Shown: one piece after another, positions 27,001-41,600 of the stretch
Layout of the letters: each line of letters opens with the position of its first letter
Position numbering within the stretch: position 1 is the first letter of the stretch
DNA from: Auanema rhodensis
Taxonomy: Eukaryota > Animalia > Nematoda
Length of the DNA: 64,000 bases
Reading direction: 5' to 3'
NCBI GenBank assembly: GCA_964057225.1
Contig: OZ059895.1
Location: forward strand, 1,364,001-1,428,000
Made by a program: the position numbers and the translations under genes
The notes under the pieces: model-generated
What the model was told of the DNA's origin: nothing
The model's input: the letters and a program-made list of their open reading frames with translations, nothing else
The model's database searches: none

Positions 27001-29834
27001 AATTAATTTTTTCGTTGAATAACATTGTCCATCGTCTTTGCCTTGAAAAAAAGAATCTAAAAACATCTACTTTCTGCTAAATTATCTTGAAATTTTTCGA
27101 AAAAATTTTTGTCAAAATGTTTTTGGAAGCAATGTTGAGTGTACATGGAAACTCAACATACACTAATGCATCATTTTTCAAACGATCATAATTAATTTTT
27201 GTATTAAGCGTTTCTCAATGTAGTATAGTGCATTCGATGCGGATTTTTAAGCTGCGTCGATCTGTGTTATCAGATTTGCGCTAGCTTAAAAATGCACCGA
27301 GATATCAACTGATATAAGTTCACACTTATATCCTCGATTTTCACCCTGAAGAATTAATTTTTTCGTTGAATAACATTGTCCATCGTCTTTGCCTTGAAAA
27401 AAAGAATCTAAAAACATCTACTTTTTGCTAAATTATTTTGAAATTTTTTGAAAAAATTTTTGTCAAAATGTTTTTGGAAGCAATGTTGAGTGTACATGGA
27501 AACTCAACATACACTAATGCATCATTTTTCAAACGATCATAATTAATTTTTGTATTAAGCGTTTCTCAATGTAGTATAGTGCATTCGATGCGGATTTTTA
27601 AGCTGCGTCGATCTGTGTTATCAGATTTGCGCTAGCTTGAAAATGCACCGAGATATCAACTGATATAAGTTCACACTTATATCCTCGATTTTCACCCTGA
27701 AGAATTAATTTTTTCGTTGAATAACATTGTCCATCGTCTTTGCCTTAAAAAAAGGAATCTGAAAACATCTACTTTTTGCTAAATTATTTTGAAATTTTTC
27801 GAAAAAATTTTTGTCAAAATGTTTTTGGAAGCAATGTTGAGTGTACATGGAAACTCAACATACACTAATGCATCATTTTTCAAACGATCATAACTAATTT
27901 TTGTATTAAGCGTTTCTCAATTTTGTATAGTGCATTCGATGCGGATTTTTAAGCTGCGTCGATCTGTGTTATCAGATTTGCGCTAGCTTAAAAATGCACC
28001 GAGATATCAACTGATATAAGTTCACACTTATATCCTCGATTTTCACCCTGAAGAATTAATTTTTTCGTTGAATAACATTGTCCATCGTCTTTGCCTTGAA
28101 AAAAAGAATCTAAAAACATCTACTTTTTGCTAAATTATTTTGAAATTTTTTGAAAAAATTTTTGTCAAAATGTTTTTGGAAGCAATGTTGAGTGTACATG
28201 GAAACTCAACATACACTAATGCATCATTTTTCAAACGATCATAATTAATTTTTGTATTAAGCGTTTCTCAATGTAGTATAGTGCATTCGATGCGGATTTT
28301 TAAGCTGCGTCGATCTGTGTTATCAGATTTGCGCTAGCTTGAAAATGCACCGAGATATCAACTGATATAAGTTCACACTTATATCCTCGATTTTCACCCT
28401 GAAGAATTAATTTTTTCGTTGAATAACATTGTCCATCGTCTTTGCCTTAAAAAAAGGAATCTGAAAACATCTACTTTTTGCTAAATTATTTTGAAATTTT
28501 TCGAAAAAATTTTTGTCAAAATGTTTTTGGAAGCAATGTTGAGTGTACATGGAAACTCAACATACACTAATGCATCATTTTTCAAACGATCATAACTAAT
28601 TTTTGTATTAAGCGTTTCTCAATTTTGTATAGTGCATTCGATGCGGATTTTTAAGCTGCGTCGATCTGTGTTATCAGATTTGCGCTAGCTGAAAAATGCA
28701 CCGAGATATCAACTGATATAAGTTCACACTTATATCCTCGATTTTCACCCTGAAGAATTAATTTTTTCGTTGAATAACATTGTCCATCGTCTTTGCCTTG
28801 AAAAAAGGAATCTAAAAACATCTACTTTTTGCTAAATTATTTTGAAATTTTTCGAAAAAATTTTTGTCAAAATGTTTTTGGAAGCAATGCTGAGTGTACA
28901 TGGAAACTCAACATACACTAATGCATCATTTTTCAAACGATCATAATTAATTTTTGTATTAAGCGTTTCTCAATGTAGTATAGTGCATTCGATGCGGATT
29001 TTTAAGCTGCGTCGATCTGTGTTATCAGATTTGCGCTAGCTTAAAAATGCACCGAGATATCAACTGATATAAGTTCACACTTATATCCTCGATTTTCACC
29101 CTGAAGAATTAATTTTTTCGTTGAATAACATTGTCCATCGTCTTTGCCTTGAAAAAAAGAATCTAAAAACATCTACTTTTTGCTAAATTATTTTGAAATT
29201 TTTTGAAAAAATTTTTGTCAAAATGTTTTTGGAAGCAATGTTGAGTGTACATGGAAACTCAACATACACTAATGCATCATTTTTCAAACGATCATAATTA
29301 ATTTTTGTATTAAGCGTTTCTCAATGTAGTATAGTGCATTCGATGCGGATTTTTAAGCTGCGTCGATCTGTGTTATCAGATTTGCGCTAGCTTGAAAATG
29401 CACCGAGATATCAACTGATATAAGTTCACACTTATATCCTCGATTTTCACCCTGAAGAATTAATTTTTTCGTTGAATAACATTGTCCATCGTCTTTGCCT
29501 TAAAAAAAGGAATCTGAAAACATCTACTTTTTGCTAAATTATTTTGAAATTTTTTGAAAAAATTTTTGTCAAAATGTTTTTGGAAGCAATGTTGAGTGTA
29601 CATGGAAACTCAACATACACTAATGCATCATTTTTCAAACGATCATAATTAATTTTTGTATTAAGCGTTTCTCAATTTTGTATAGTGCATTCGATGCGGA
29701 TTTTTAAGCTGCGTCGATCTGTGTTATCAGATTTGCGCTAGCTTGAAAATGCACCGAGATATCAACTGATATAAGTTCACACTTATATCCTCGATTTTCA
29801 CCCTGAAGAATTAATTTTTTCGTTGAATAACATT
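21060..29834 (+). repeat. Higher-order repeat: 11-monomer unit (3861 bp) M61-71, repeated as M72-85 with three extra monomers
   Basis: GTAAAGTG (21259/25120), GTATCAAGCG (22291/26152), AGATTCT (22492/26353) and GTCTTTCTG (M66/M77) all recur at 3861 bp. M68-71 match M82-85. Confidence 0.85.
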
Positions 29835-32800
29835 GTCCATCGTCTTTGCCTTGAAAAAAGGAATCTAAAAACATCTACTTTTTGCTAAATTATTTTGAAA
29901 TTTTTCGAAAAAATTTTTGTCAAAATGTTTTTGGAAGCAATGTTGAGTGTACATGGAAACTCAACATACACTAATGCATCATTTTTCAAACGATCATAAC
30001 TAATTTTTGTATTAAGCGTTTCTCAATGTAGTATAGTGCATTCGATGCGGATTTTTAAGCTGCGTCGTTCTGTGTTATCAGATTTGCGCTAGCTTAAAAA
30101 TGCACCGAGATATCAACTGATATAAGTTCACACATATATCCTCGATTTTCACCCTGAAGAATTAATTTTTTCGTTGAATAACATTGTCCATCGTCTTTGC
30201 CTTGAAAAAAGGAATCTAAAAACATCTACTTTTTGCTAAATTATTTTGAAATTTTTCGAAAAAATTTTTGTCAAAATGTTTTTGGAAGCAATGTTGAGTG
30301 TACATGGAAACTCAACATACACTAATGCATCATTTTTCAAACGATCATAATTAATTTTTGTATTAAGCGTTTCTCAATTTAGTATAGTGCATTCGATGCG
30401 GATTTTTAAGCTGCGTCGATCTGTGTTATCAGATTTGCGCTAGCTTAAAAATGCACCGAGATATCAACTGATATAAGTTCACACTTATATCCTCGATTTT
30501 CACCCTGAAGAATTAATTTTTTCGTTGAATAACATTGTCCATCGTCTTTGCCTTGAAAAAAGGAATCTAAAAACATCTACTTTTTGCTAAATTATTTTGA
30601 AATTTTTCGAAAAAATTTTTGTCAAAATGTTTTTGGAAGCAATGTTGAGTGTACATGGAAACTCAACATACACTAATGCATCATTTTTCAAACGATCATA
30701 ATTAATTTTTGTATTAAGCGTTTCTCAATTTTGTATAGTGCATTCGATGCGGATTTTTAAGCTGCGTCGATCTGTGTTATCAGATTTGCGCTAGCTTAAA
30801 AATGCACCGAGATATCAACTGATATAAGTTCACACTTATATCCTCGATTTTCACCCTGAAGAATTAATTTTTTCGTTGAATAACATTGTCCATCGTCTTT
30901 GCCTTGAAAAAAGGAATCTGAAAACATCTACTTTTTGCTAAATTATTTTGAAATTTTTCGAAAAAATTTTTGTCAAAATGTTTTTGGAAGCAATGTTGAG
31001 TGTACATGGAAACTCAACATACACTAATGCATCATTTTTCAAACGATCATAACTAATTTTTGTATTAAGCGTTTCTCAATTTAGTATAGTGCATTCGATG
31101 CGGATTTTTAAGCTGCGTCGATCTGTGTTATCAGATTTGCGCTAGCTGAAAAATGCACCGAGATATCAACTGATATAAGTTCACACTTATATCCTCGATT
31201 TTCACCCTGAAGAATTAATTTTTTCGTTGAATAACATTGTCCATCGTCTTTGCCTTGAAAAAAGGAATCTAAAAACATCTACTTTTTGCTAAATTATTTT
31301 GAAATTTTTCGAAAAAATTTTTGTCAAAATGTTTTTGGAAGCAATGTTGAGTGTACATGGAAACTCAACATACACTAATGCATCATTTTTCAAACGATCA
31401 TAACTAATTTTTGTATTAAGCGTTTCTCAATGTAGTATAGTGCATTCGATGCGGATTTTTAAGCTGCGTCGTTCTGTGTTATCAGATTTGCGCTAGCTTA
31501 AAAATGCACCGAGATATCAACTGATATAAGTTCACACTTATATCCTCGATTTTCACCCTGAAGAATTAATTTTTTCGTTGAATAACATTGTCCATCGTCT
31601 TTGCCTTGAAAAAAGGAATCTAAAAACATCTACTTTTTGCTAAATTATTTTGAAATTTTTCGAAAAAATTTTTGTCAAAATGTTTTTGGAAGCAATGTTG
31701 AGTGTACATGGAAACTCAACATACACTAATGCATCATTTTTCAAACGATCATAACTAATTTTTGTATTAAGCGTTTCTCAATGTAGTATAGTGCATTCGA
31801 TGCGGATTTTTAAGCTGCGTCGATCTGTGTTATCAGATTTGCGCTAGCTTGAAAATGCACCGAGATATCAACTGATATAAGTTCACACATATATCCTCGA
31901 TTTTCACCCTGAAGAATTAATTTTTTCGTTGAATAACATTGTCCATCGTCTTTGCCTTGAAAAAAAGAATCTAAAAACATCTACTTTTTGCTAAATTATT
32001 TTGAAATTTTTCGAAAAAATTTTTGTCAAAATGTTTTTGGAAGCAATGTTGAGTGTACATGGAAACTCAACATACACTAATGCATCATTTTTCAAACGAT
32101 CATAATTAATTTTTGTATTAAGCGTTTTTCAATGTAGTATAGTGCATTCGATGCGGATTTTTAAGCTGCGTCGATCTGTGTTATCAGATTTGCGCTAGCT
32201 TAAAAATGCACCGAGATATCCACTGATATAAGTTCACACTTATATCCTCGATTTTCACCCTGAAGAATTAATTTTTTCGTTGAATAACATTGTCCATCGT
32301 CTTTGCCTTGAAAAAAGGAATCTAAAAACATCTACTTTCTGCTAAATTATCTTGAAATTTTTCGAAAAAATTTTTGTCAAAATGTTTTTGGAAGCAATGT
32401 TGAGTGTACATGGAAACTCAACATACACTAATGCATCATTTTTCAAACGATCATAATTAATTTTTGTATTAAGCGTTTCTCAATGTAGTATAGTGCATTC
32501 GATGCGGATTTTTAAGCTGCGTCGATCTGTGTTATCAGATTTGCGAAAGCTTAAAAATGCACCGAGATATCAACTGATATAAGTTCACACTTATATCCTC
32601 GATTTTCACCCTGAAGAATTAATTTTTTCGTTGAATAACATTGTCCATCGTCTTTGCCTTGAAAAAAGGAATCTGAAAACATCTACTTTTTGCTAAATTA
32701 TTTTGAAATTTTTCGAAAAAATTTTTGTCAAAATGTTTTTGGAAGCAATGTTGAGTGTACATGGAAACTCAACATACACTAATGCATCATTTTTCAAACG

Positions 32801-34748
32801 ATCATAACTAATTTTTGTATTAAGCGTTTCTCAATGTAGTATAGTGCATTCGATGCGGATTTTTAAGCTGCGTCGTTCTGTGTTATCAGATTTGCGCTAG
32901 CTTGAAAATGCACCGAGATATCAACTGATATAAGTTCACACATATATCCTCGATTTTCACCCTGAAGAATTAATTTTTTCGTTGAATAACATTGTCCATC
33001 GTCTTTGCCTTGAAAAAAAGAATCTAAAAACATCTACTTTTTGCTAAATTATTTTGAAATTTTTCGAAAAAATTTTTGTCAAAATGTTTTTGGAAGCAAT
33101 GTTGAGTGTACATGGAAACTCAACATACACTAATGCATCATTTTTCAAACGATCATAATTAATTTTTGTATTAAGCGTTTCTCAATGTAGTATAGTGCAT
33201 TCGATGCGGATTTTTAAGCTGCGTCGATCTGTGTTATCAGATTTGCGCTAGCTTAAAAATGCACCGAGATATCAACTGATATAAGTTCACACTTATATCC
33301 TCGATTTTCACCCTGAAGAATTAATTTTTTCGTTGAATAACATTGTCCATCGTCTTTGCCTTGAAAAAAGGAATCTAAAAACATCTACTTTTTGCTAAAT
33401 TATCTTGAAATTTTTCGAAAAAATTTTTGTCAAAATGTTTTTGGAAGCAATGTTGAGTGTACATGGAAACTCAACATACACTAATGCATCATTTTTCAAA
33501 CGATCATAATTAATTTTTGTATTAAGCGTTTCTCAATGTAGTATAGTGCATTCAATGCGAATTTTTAAGCTGCGTCGATCTGTGTTATCAGATTTGCGCT
33601 AGCTTAAAAATGCACCGAGATATCAACTGATATAAGTTCACACTTATATCCTCGATTTTCACCCTGAAGAATTAATTTTTTCGTTGAATAACATTGTCCA
33701 TCGTCTTTGCCTTGAAAAAAGGAATCTGAAAACATCTACTTTTTGCTAAATTATTTTGAAATTTTTCGAAAAAATTTTTGTCAAAATGTTTTTGGAAGCA
33801 ATGTTGAGTGTACATGGAAACTCAACATACACTAATGCATCATTTTTCAAACGATCATAACTAATTTTTGTATTAAGCGTTTCTCAATGTAGTATAGTGC
33901 ATTCGATGCGGATTTTTAAGCTGCGTCGTTCTGTGTTATCAGATTTGCGCTAGCTTAAAAATGCACCGAGATATCAACTGATATAAGTTCACACTTATAT
34001 CCTCGATTTTCACCCTGAAGAATTAATTTTTTCGTTGAATAACATTGTCCATCGTCTTTGCCTTGAAAAAAGGAATCTGAAAACATCTACTTTTTGCTAA
34101 ATTATTTTGAAATTTTTCGAAAAAATTTTTGTCAAAATGTTTTTGGAAGCAATGTTGAGTGTACATGGAAACTCAACATACACTAATGCATCATTTTTCA
34201 AACAATCATAATTAATTTTTGTATTAAGCGTTTCTCAATGTAGTATAGTGCATTCGATGCGGATTTTTAAGCTGCGTCGTTCTGTGTTATCAGATTTGCG
34301 CTAGCTTGAAAATGCACCGAGATATCAACTGATATAAGTTCACACTTATATCCTCGATTTTCACCCTGAAGAATTAATTTTTTCGTTGAATAACATTGTC
34401 CATCGTCTTTGCCTTGAAAAAAGGAATCTAAAAACATCTACTTTTTGCTAAATTATCTTGAAATTTTTCGAAAAAATTTTTGTCAAAATGTTTTTGGAAG
34501 CAATGTTGAGTGTACATGGAAACTCAACATACACTAATGCATCATTTTTCAAACGATCATAATTAATTTTTGTATTAAGCGTTTCTCAATGTAGTATAGT
34601 GCATTCGATGCGGATTTTTAAGCTGCGTCGATCTGTGTTATCAGATTTGCGCTAGCTTAAAAATGCACCGAGATATCAACTGATATAAGTTCACACTTAT
34701 ATCCTCGATTTTCACCCTGAAGAATTAATTTTTTCGTTGAATAACATT

Positions 34749-37700
34749 GTCCATCGTCTTTGCCTTGAAAAAAGGAATCTGAAAACATCTACTTTTTGCT
34801 AAATTATTTTGAAATTTTTCGAAAAAATTTTTGTCAAAATGTTTTTGGAAGCAATGTTGAGTGTACATGGAAACTCAACATACACTAATGCATCATTTTT
34901 CAAACGATCATAACTAATTTTTGTATTAAGCGTTTCTCAATGTAGTATAGTGCATTCGATGCGGATTTTTAAGCTGCGTCGTTCTGTGTTATCAGATTTG
35001 CGCTAGCTTAAAAATGCACCGAGATATCAACTGATATAAGTTCACACTTATATCCTCGATTTTCACCCTGAAGAATTAATTTTTTCGTTGAATAACATTG
35101 TCCATCGTCTTTGCCTTGAAAAAAGGAATCTGAAAACATCTACTTTTTGCTAAATTATTTTGAAATTTTTCGAAAAAATTTTTGTCAAAATGTTTTTGGA
35201 AGCAATGTTGAGTGTACATGGAAACTCAACATACACTAATGCATCATTTTTCAAACGATCATAACTAATTTTTGTATTAAGCGTTTCTCAATGTAGTATA
35301 GTGCATTCGATGCGGATTTTTAAGCTGCGTCGTTCTGTGTTATCAGATTTGCGCTAGCTTGAAAATGCACCGAGATATCAACTGATATAAGTTCACACAT
35401 ATATCCTCGATTTTCACCCTGAAGAATTAATTTTTTCGTTGAATAACATTGTCCATCGTCTTTGCCTTGAAAAAAAGAATCTAAAAACATCTACTTTTTG
35501 CTAAATTATTTTGAAATTTTTCGAAAAAATTTTTGTCAAAATGTTTTTGGAAGCAATGTTGAGTGTACATGGAAACTCAACATACACTAATGCATCATTT
35601 TTCAAACGATCATAATTAATTTTTGTATTAAGCGTTTCTCAATGTAGTATAGTGCATTCGATGCGGATTTTTGAGCTGCGTCGATCTGTGTTATCAGATT
35701 TGCGCTAGCTTGAAAATGCACCGAGATATCAACTGATATAAGTTCACACTTATATCCTCGATTTTCACCCTGAAGAATTAATTTTTTCGTTGAATAACAT
35801 TGTCCATCGTCTTTGCCTTGAAAAAAAGAATCTGAAAACATCTACTTTTTGCTAAATTATTTTGAAATTTTTCGAAAAAATTTTTGTCAAAATGTTTTTG
35901 GAAGCAATGTTGAGTGTACATGGAAACTCAACATACACTAATGCATCATTTTTCAAACGATCATAACTAATTTTTGTATTAAGCGTTTCTCAATGTAGTA
36001 TAGTGCATTCGATGCGGATTTTTAAGCTGCGTCGTTCTGTGTTATCAGATTTGCGCTAGCTTAAAAATGCACCGAGATATCAACTGATATAAGTTCACAC
36101 TTATATCCTCGATTTTCACCCTGAAGAATTAATTTTTTCGTTGAATAACATTGTCCATCGTCTTTGCCTTGAAAAAAGGAATCTGAAAACATCTACTTTT
36201 TGCTAAATTATTTTGAAATTTTTCGAAAAAATTTTTGTCAAAATGTTTTTGGAAGCAATGTTGAGTGTACATGGAAACTCAACATACACTAATGCATCAT
36301 TTTTCAAACGATCATAACTAATTTTTGTATTAAGCGTTTCTCAATGTAGTATAGTGCATTCGATGCGGATTTTTAAGCTGCGTCGTTCTGTGTTATCAGA
36401 TTTGCGCTAGCTTGAAAATGCACCGAGATATCAACTGATATAAGTTCACACATATATCCTCGATTTTCACCCTGAAGAATTAATTTTTTCGTTGAATAAC
36501 ATTGTCCATCGTCTTTGCCTTGAAAAAAGGAATCTGAAAACATCTACTTTTTGCTAAATTATTTTGAAATTTTTCGAAAAAATTTTTGTCAAAATGTTTT
36601 TGGAAGCAATGTTGAGTGTACATGGAAACTCAACATACACTAATGCATCATTTTTCAAACGATCATAATTAATTTTTGTATTAAGCGTTTTTCAATGTAG
36701 TATAGTGCATTCGATGCGGATTTTTAAGCTGCGTCGATCTGTGTTATCAGATTTGCGCTAGCTTAAAAATGCACCGAGATATCAACTGATATAAGTTCAC
36801 ACTTATATCCTCGATTTTCACCCTGAAGAATTAATTTTTTCGTTGAATAACATTGTCCATCGTCTTTGCCTTGAAAAAAGGAATCTGAAAACATCTACTT
36901 TTTGCTAAATTATTTTGAAATTTTTCGAAAAAATTTTTGTCAAAATGTTTTTGGAAGCAATGTTGAGTGTACATGGAAACTCAACATACACTAATGCATC
37001 ATTTTTCAAACGATCATAACTAATTTTTGTATTAAGCGTTTCTCAATGTAGTATAGTGCATTCGATGCGGATTTTTAAGCTGCGTCGTTCTGTGTTATCA
37101 GATTTGCGCTAGCTTAAAAATGCACCGAGATATCAACTGATATAAGTTCACACTTATATCCTCGATTTTCACCCTGAAGAATTAATTTTTTCGTTGAATA
37201 ACATTGTCCATCGTCTTTGCCTTGAAAAAAGGAATCTGAAAACATCTACTTTTTGCTAAATTATTTTGAAATTTTTCGAAAAAATTTTTGTCAAAATGTT
37301 TTTGGAAGCAATGTTGAGTGTACATGGAAACTCAACATACACTAATGCATCATTTTTCAAACGATCATAACTAATTTTTGTATTAAGCGTTTCTCAATGT
37401 AGTATAGTGCATTCGATGCGGATTTTTAAGCTGCGTCGTTCTGTGTTATCAGATTTGCGCTAGCTTGAAAATGCACCGAGATATCAACTGATATAAGTTC
37501 ACACATATATCCTCGATTTTCACCCTGAAGAATTAATTTTTTCGTTGAATAACATTGTCCATCGTCTTTGCCTTGAAAAAAAGAATCTAAAAACATCTAC
37601 TTTTTGCTAAATTATTTTGAAATTTTTCGAAAAAATTTTTGTCAAAATGTTTTTGGAAGCAATGTTGAGTGTACATGGAAACTCAACATACACTAATGCA

Positions 37701-38609
37701 TCATTTTTCAAACGATCATAATTAATTTTTGTATTAAGCGTTTCTCAATGTAGTATAGTGCATTCGATGCGGATTTTTGAGCTGCGTCGATCTGTGTTAT
37801 CAGATTTGCGCTAGCTTGAAAATGCACCGAGATATCAACTGATATAAGTTCACACTTATATCCTCGATTTTCACCCTGAAGAATTAATTTTTTCGTTGAA
37901 TAACATTGTCCATCGTCTTTGCCTTGAAAAAAAGAATCTGAAAACATCTACTTTTTGCTAAATTATTTTGAAATTTTTCGAAAAAATTTTTGTCAAAATG
38001 TTTTTGGAAGCAATGTTGAGTGTACATGGAAACTCAACATACACTAATGCATCATTTTTCAAACGATCATAACTAATTTTTGTATTAAGCGTTTCTCAAT
38101 GTAGTATAGTGCATTCGATGCGGATTTTTAAGCTGCGTCGTTCTGTGTTATCAGATTTGCGCTAGCTTAAAAATGCACCGAGATATCAACTGATATAAGT
38201 TCACACTTATATCCTCGATTTTCACCCTGAAGAATTAATTTTTTCGTTGAATAACATTGTCCATCGTCTTTGCCTTGAAAAAAGGAATCTGAAAACATCT
38301 ACTTTTTGCTAAATTATTTTGAAATTTTTCGAAAAAATTTTTGTCAAAATGTTTTTGGAAGCAATGTTGAGTGTACATGGAAACTCAACATACACTAATG
38401 CATCATTTTTCAAACGATCATAACTAATTTTTGTATTAAGCGTTTCTCAATGTAGTATAGTGCATTCGATGCGGATTTTTAAGCTGCGTCGTTCTGTGTT
38501 ATCAGATTTGCGCTAGCTTGAAAATGCACCGAGATATCAACTGATATAAGTTCACACATATATCCTCGATTTTCACCCTGAAGAATTAATTTTTTCGTTG
38601 AATAACATT
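34749..38609 (+). repeat. Higher-order repeat: 6-monomer offset (2106 bp), M100-104 repeated as M106-110
   Basis: The private variant TTTGAGCTG occurs at 35673 and 37779. The two identical 79-aa ORFs in the track are also 2106 bp apart. Confidence 0.85.
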
Positions 38610-41600
38610 GTCCATCGTCTTTGCCTTGAAAAAAAGAATCTAAAAACATCTACTTTTTGCTAAATTATTTTGAAATTTTTCGAAAAAATTTTTGTCAAAA
38701 TGTTTTTGGAAGCAATGTTGAGTGTACATGGAAACTCAACATACACTAATGCATCATTTTTCAAACGATCATAATTAATTTTTGTATTAAGCGTTTCTCA
38801 ATGTAGTATAGTGCATTCGATGCGGATTTTTAAGCTGCGTCGTTCTGTGTTATCAGATTTGCGCTAGCTTGAAAATGCACCGAGATATCAACTGATATAA
38901 GTTCACACATATATCCTCGATTTTCACCCTGAAGAATTAATTTTTTCGTTGAATAACATTGTCCATCGTCTTTGCCTTGAAAAAAAGAATCTAAAAACAT
39001 CTACTTTTTGCTAAATTATTTTGAAATTTTTCGAAAAAATTTTTGTCAAAATGTTTTTGGAAGCAATGTTGAGTGTACATGGAAACTCAACATACACTAA
39101 TGCATCATTTTTCAAACGATCATAATTAATTTTTGTATTAAGCGTTTTTCAATGTAGTATAGTGCATTCGATGCGGATTTTTAAGCTGCGTCGATCTGTG
39201 TTATCAGATTTGCGCTAGCTTGAAAATGCACCGAGATATCAACTGATATAAGTTCACACTTATATCCTCGATTTTCACCCTGAAGAATTAATTTTTTCGT
39301 TGAATAACATTGTCCATCGTCTTTGCCTTGAAAAAAGGAATCTAAAAACATCTACTTTCTGCTAAATTATCTTGAAATTTTTCGAAAAAATTTTTGTCAA
39401 AATGTTTTTGGAAGCAATGTTGAGTGTACATGGAAACTCAACATACACTAATGCATCATTTTTCAAACGATCATAATTAATTTTTGTATTAAGCGTTTCT
39501 CAATGTAGTATAGTGCATTCGATGCGGATTTTTAAGCTGCGTCGTTCTGTGTTATCAGATTTGCGCTAGCTTGAAAATGCACCGAGATATCAACTGATAT
39601 AAGTTCACACATATATCCTCGATTTTCACCCTGAAGAATTAATTTTTTCGTTGAATAACATTGTCCATCGTCTTTGCCTTGAAAAAAAGAATCTAAAAAC
39701 ATCTACTTTTTGCTAAATTATTTTGAAATTTTTCGAAAAAATTTTTGTCAAAATGTTTTTGGAAGCAATGTTGAGTGTACATGGAAACTCAACATACACT
39801 AATGCATCATTTTTCAAACGATCATAATTAATTTTTGTATTAAGCGTTTTTCAATGTAGTATAGTGCATTCGATGCGGATTTTTAAGCTGCGTCGATCTG
39901 TGTTATCAGATTTGCGCTAGCTTGAAAATGCACCGAGATATCAACTGATATAAGTTCACACTTATATCCTCGATTTTCACCCTGAAGAATTAATTTTTTC
40001 GTTGAATAACATTGTCCATCGTCTTTGCCTTGAAAAAAGGAATCTAAAAACATCTACTTTCTGCTAAATTATCTTGAAATTTTTCGAAAAAATTTTTGTC
40101 AAAATGTTTTTGGAAGCAATGTTGAGTGTACATGGAAACTCAACATACACTAATGCATCATTTTTCAAACGATCATAATTAATTTTTGTATTAAGCGTTT
40201 CTCAATGTAGTATAGTGCATTCGATGCGGATTTTTAAGCTGCGTCGATCTGTGTTATCAGATTTGCGCTAGCTTAAAAATGCACCGAGATATCAACTGAT
40301 ATAAGTTCACACTTATATCCTCGATTTTCACCCTGAAGAATTAATTTTTTCGTTGAATAACATTGTCCATCGTCTTTGCCTTGAAAAAAAGAATCTAAAA
40401 ACATCTACTTTTTGCTAAATTATTTTGAAATTTTTCGAAAAAATTTTTGTCAAAATGTTTTTGGAAGCAATGTTGAGTGTACATGGAAACTCAACATACA
40501 CTAATGCATCATTTTTCAAACGATCATAATTAATTTTTGTATTAAGCGTTTCTCAATGTAGTATAGTGCATTCGATGCGGATTTTTAAGCTGCGTCGTTC
40601 TGTGTTATCAGATTTGCGCTAGCTTGAAAATGCACCGAGATATCAACTGATATAAGTTCACACATATATCCTCGATTTTCACCCTGAAGAATTAATTTTT
40701 TCGTTGAATAACATTGTCCATCGTCTTTGCCTTGAAAAAAAGAATCTAAAAACATCTACTTTTTGCTAAATTATTTTGAAATTTTTCGAAAAAATTTTTG
40801 TCAAAATGTTTTTGGAAGCAATGTTGAGTGTACATGGAAACTCAACATACACTAATGCATCATTTTTCAAACGATCATAATTAATTTTTGTATTAAGCGT
40901 TTCTCAATGTAGTATAGTGCATTCGATGCGGATTTTTAAGCTGCGTCGATCTGTGTTATCAGATTTGCGCTAGCTTAAAAATGCACCGAGATATCAACTG
41001 ATATAAGTTCACACTTATATCCTCGATTTTCACCCTGAAGAATTAATTTTTTCGTTGAATAACATTGTCCATCGTCTTTGCCTTGAAAAAAAGAATCTAA
41101 AAACATCTACTTTTTGCTAAATTATTTTGAAATTTTTCGAAAAAATTTTTGTCAAAATGTTTTTGGAAGCAATGTTGAGTGTACATGGAAACTCAACATA
41201 CACTAATGCATCATTTTTCAAACGATCATAATTAATTTTTGTATTAAGCGTTTCTCAATGTAGTATAGTGCATTCGATGCGGATTTTTAAGCTGCGTCGT
41301 TCTGTGTTATCAGATTTGCGCTAGCTTGAAAATGCACCGAGATATCAACTGATATAAGTTCACACATATATCCTCGATTTTCACCCTGAAGAATTAATTT
41401 TTTCGTTGAATAACATTGTCCATCGTCTTTGCCTTGAAAAAAAGAATCTAAAAACATCTACTTTTTGCTAAATTATTTTGAAATTTTTCGAAAAAATTTT
41501 TGTCAAAATGTTTTTGGAAGCAATGTTGAGTGTACATGGAAACTCAACATACACTAATGCATCATTTTTCAAACGATCATAATTAATTTTTGTATTAAGC

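Noticed and set aside
35602-37947. Two identical 79-aa minus-strand ORFs (MFSDSFFQG...)
   Set aside because: Read-through depends on the private TTTAAG>TTTGAG change plus a chance allele combination. The duplication simply reflects the 6-mer repeat, and there is no protein family resemblance.
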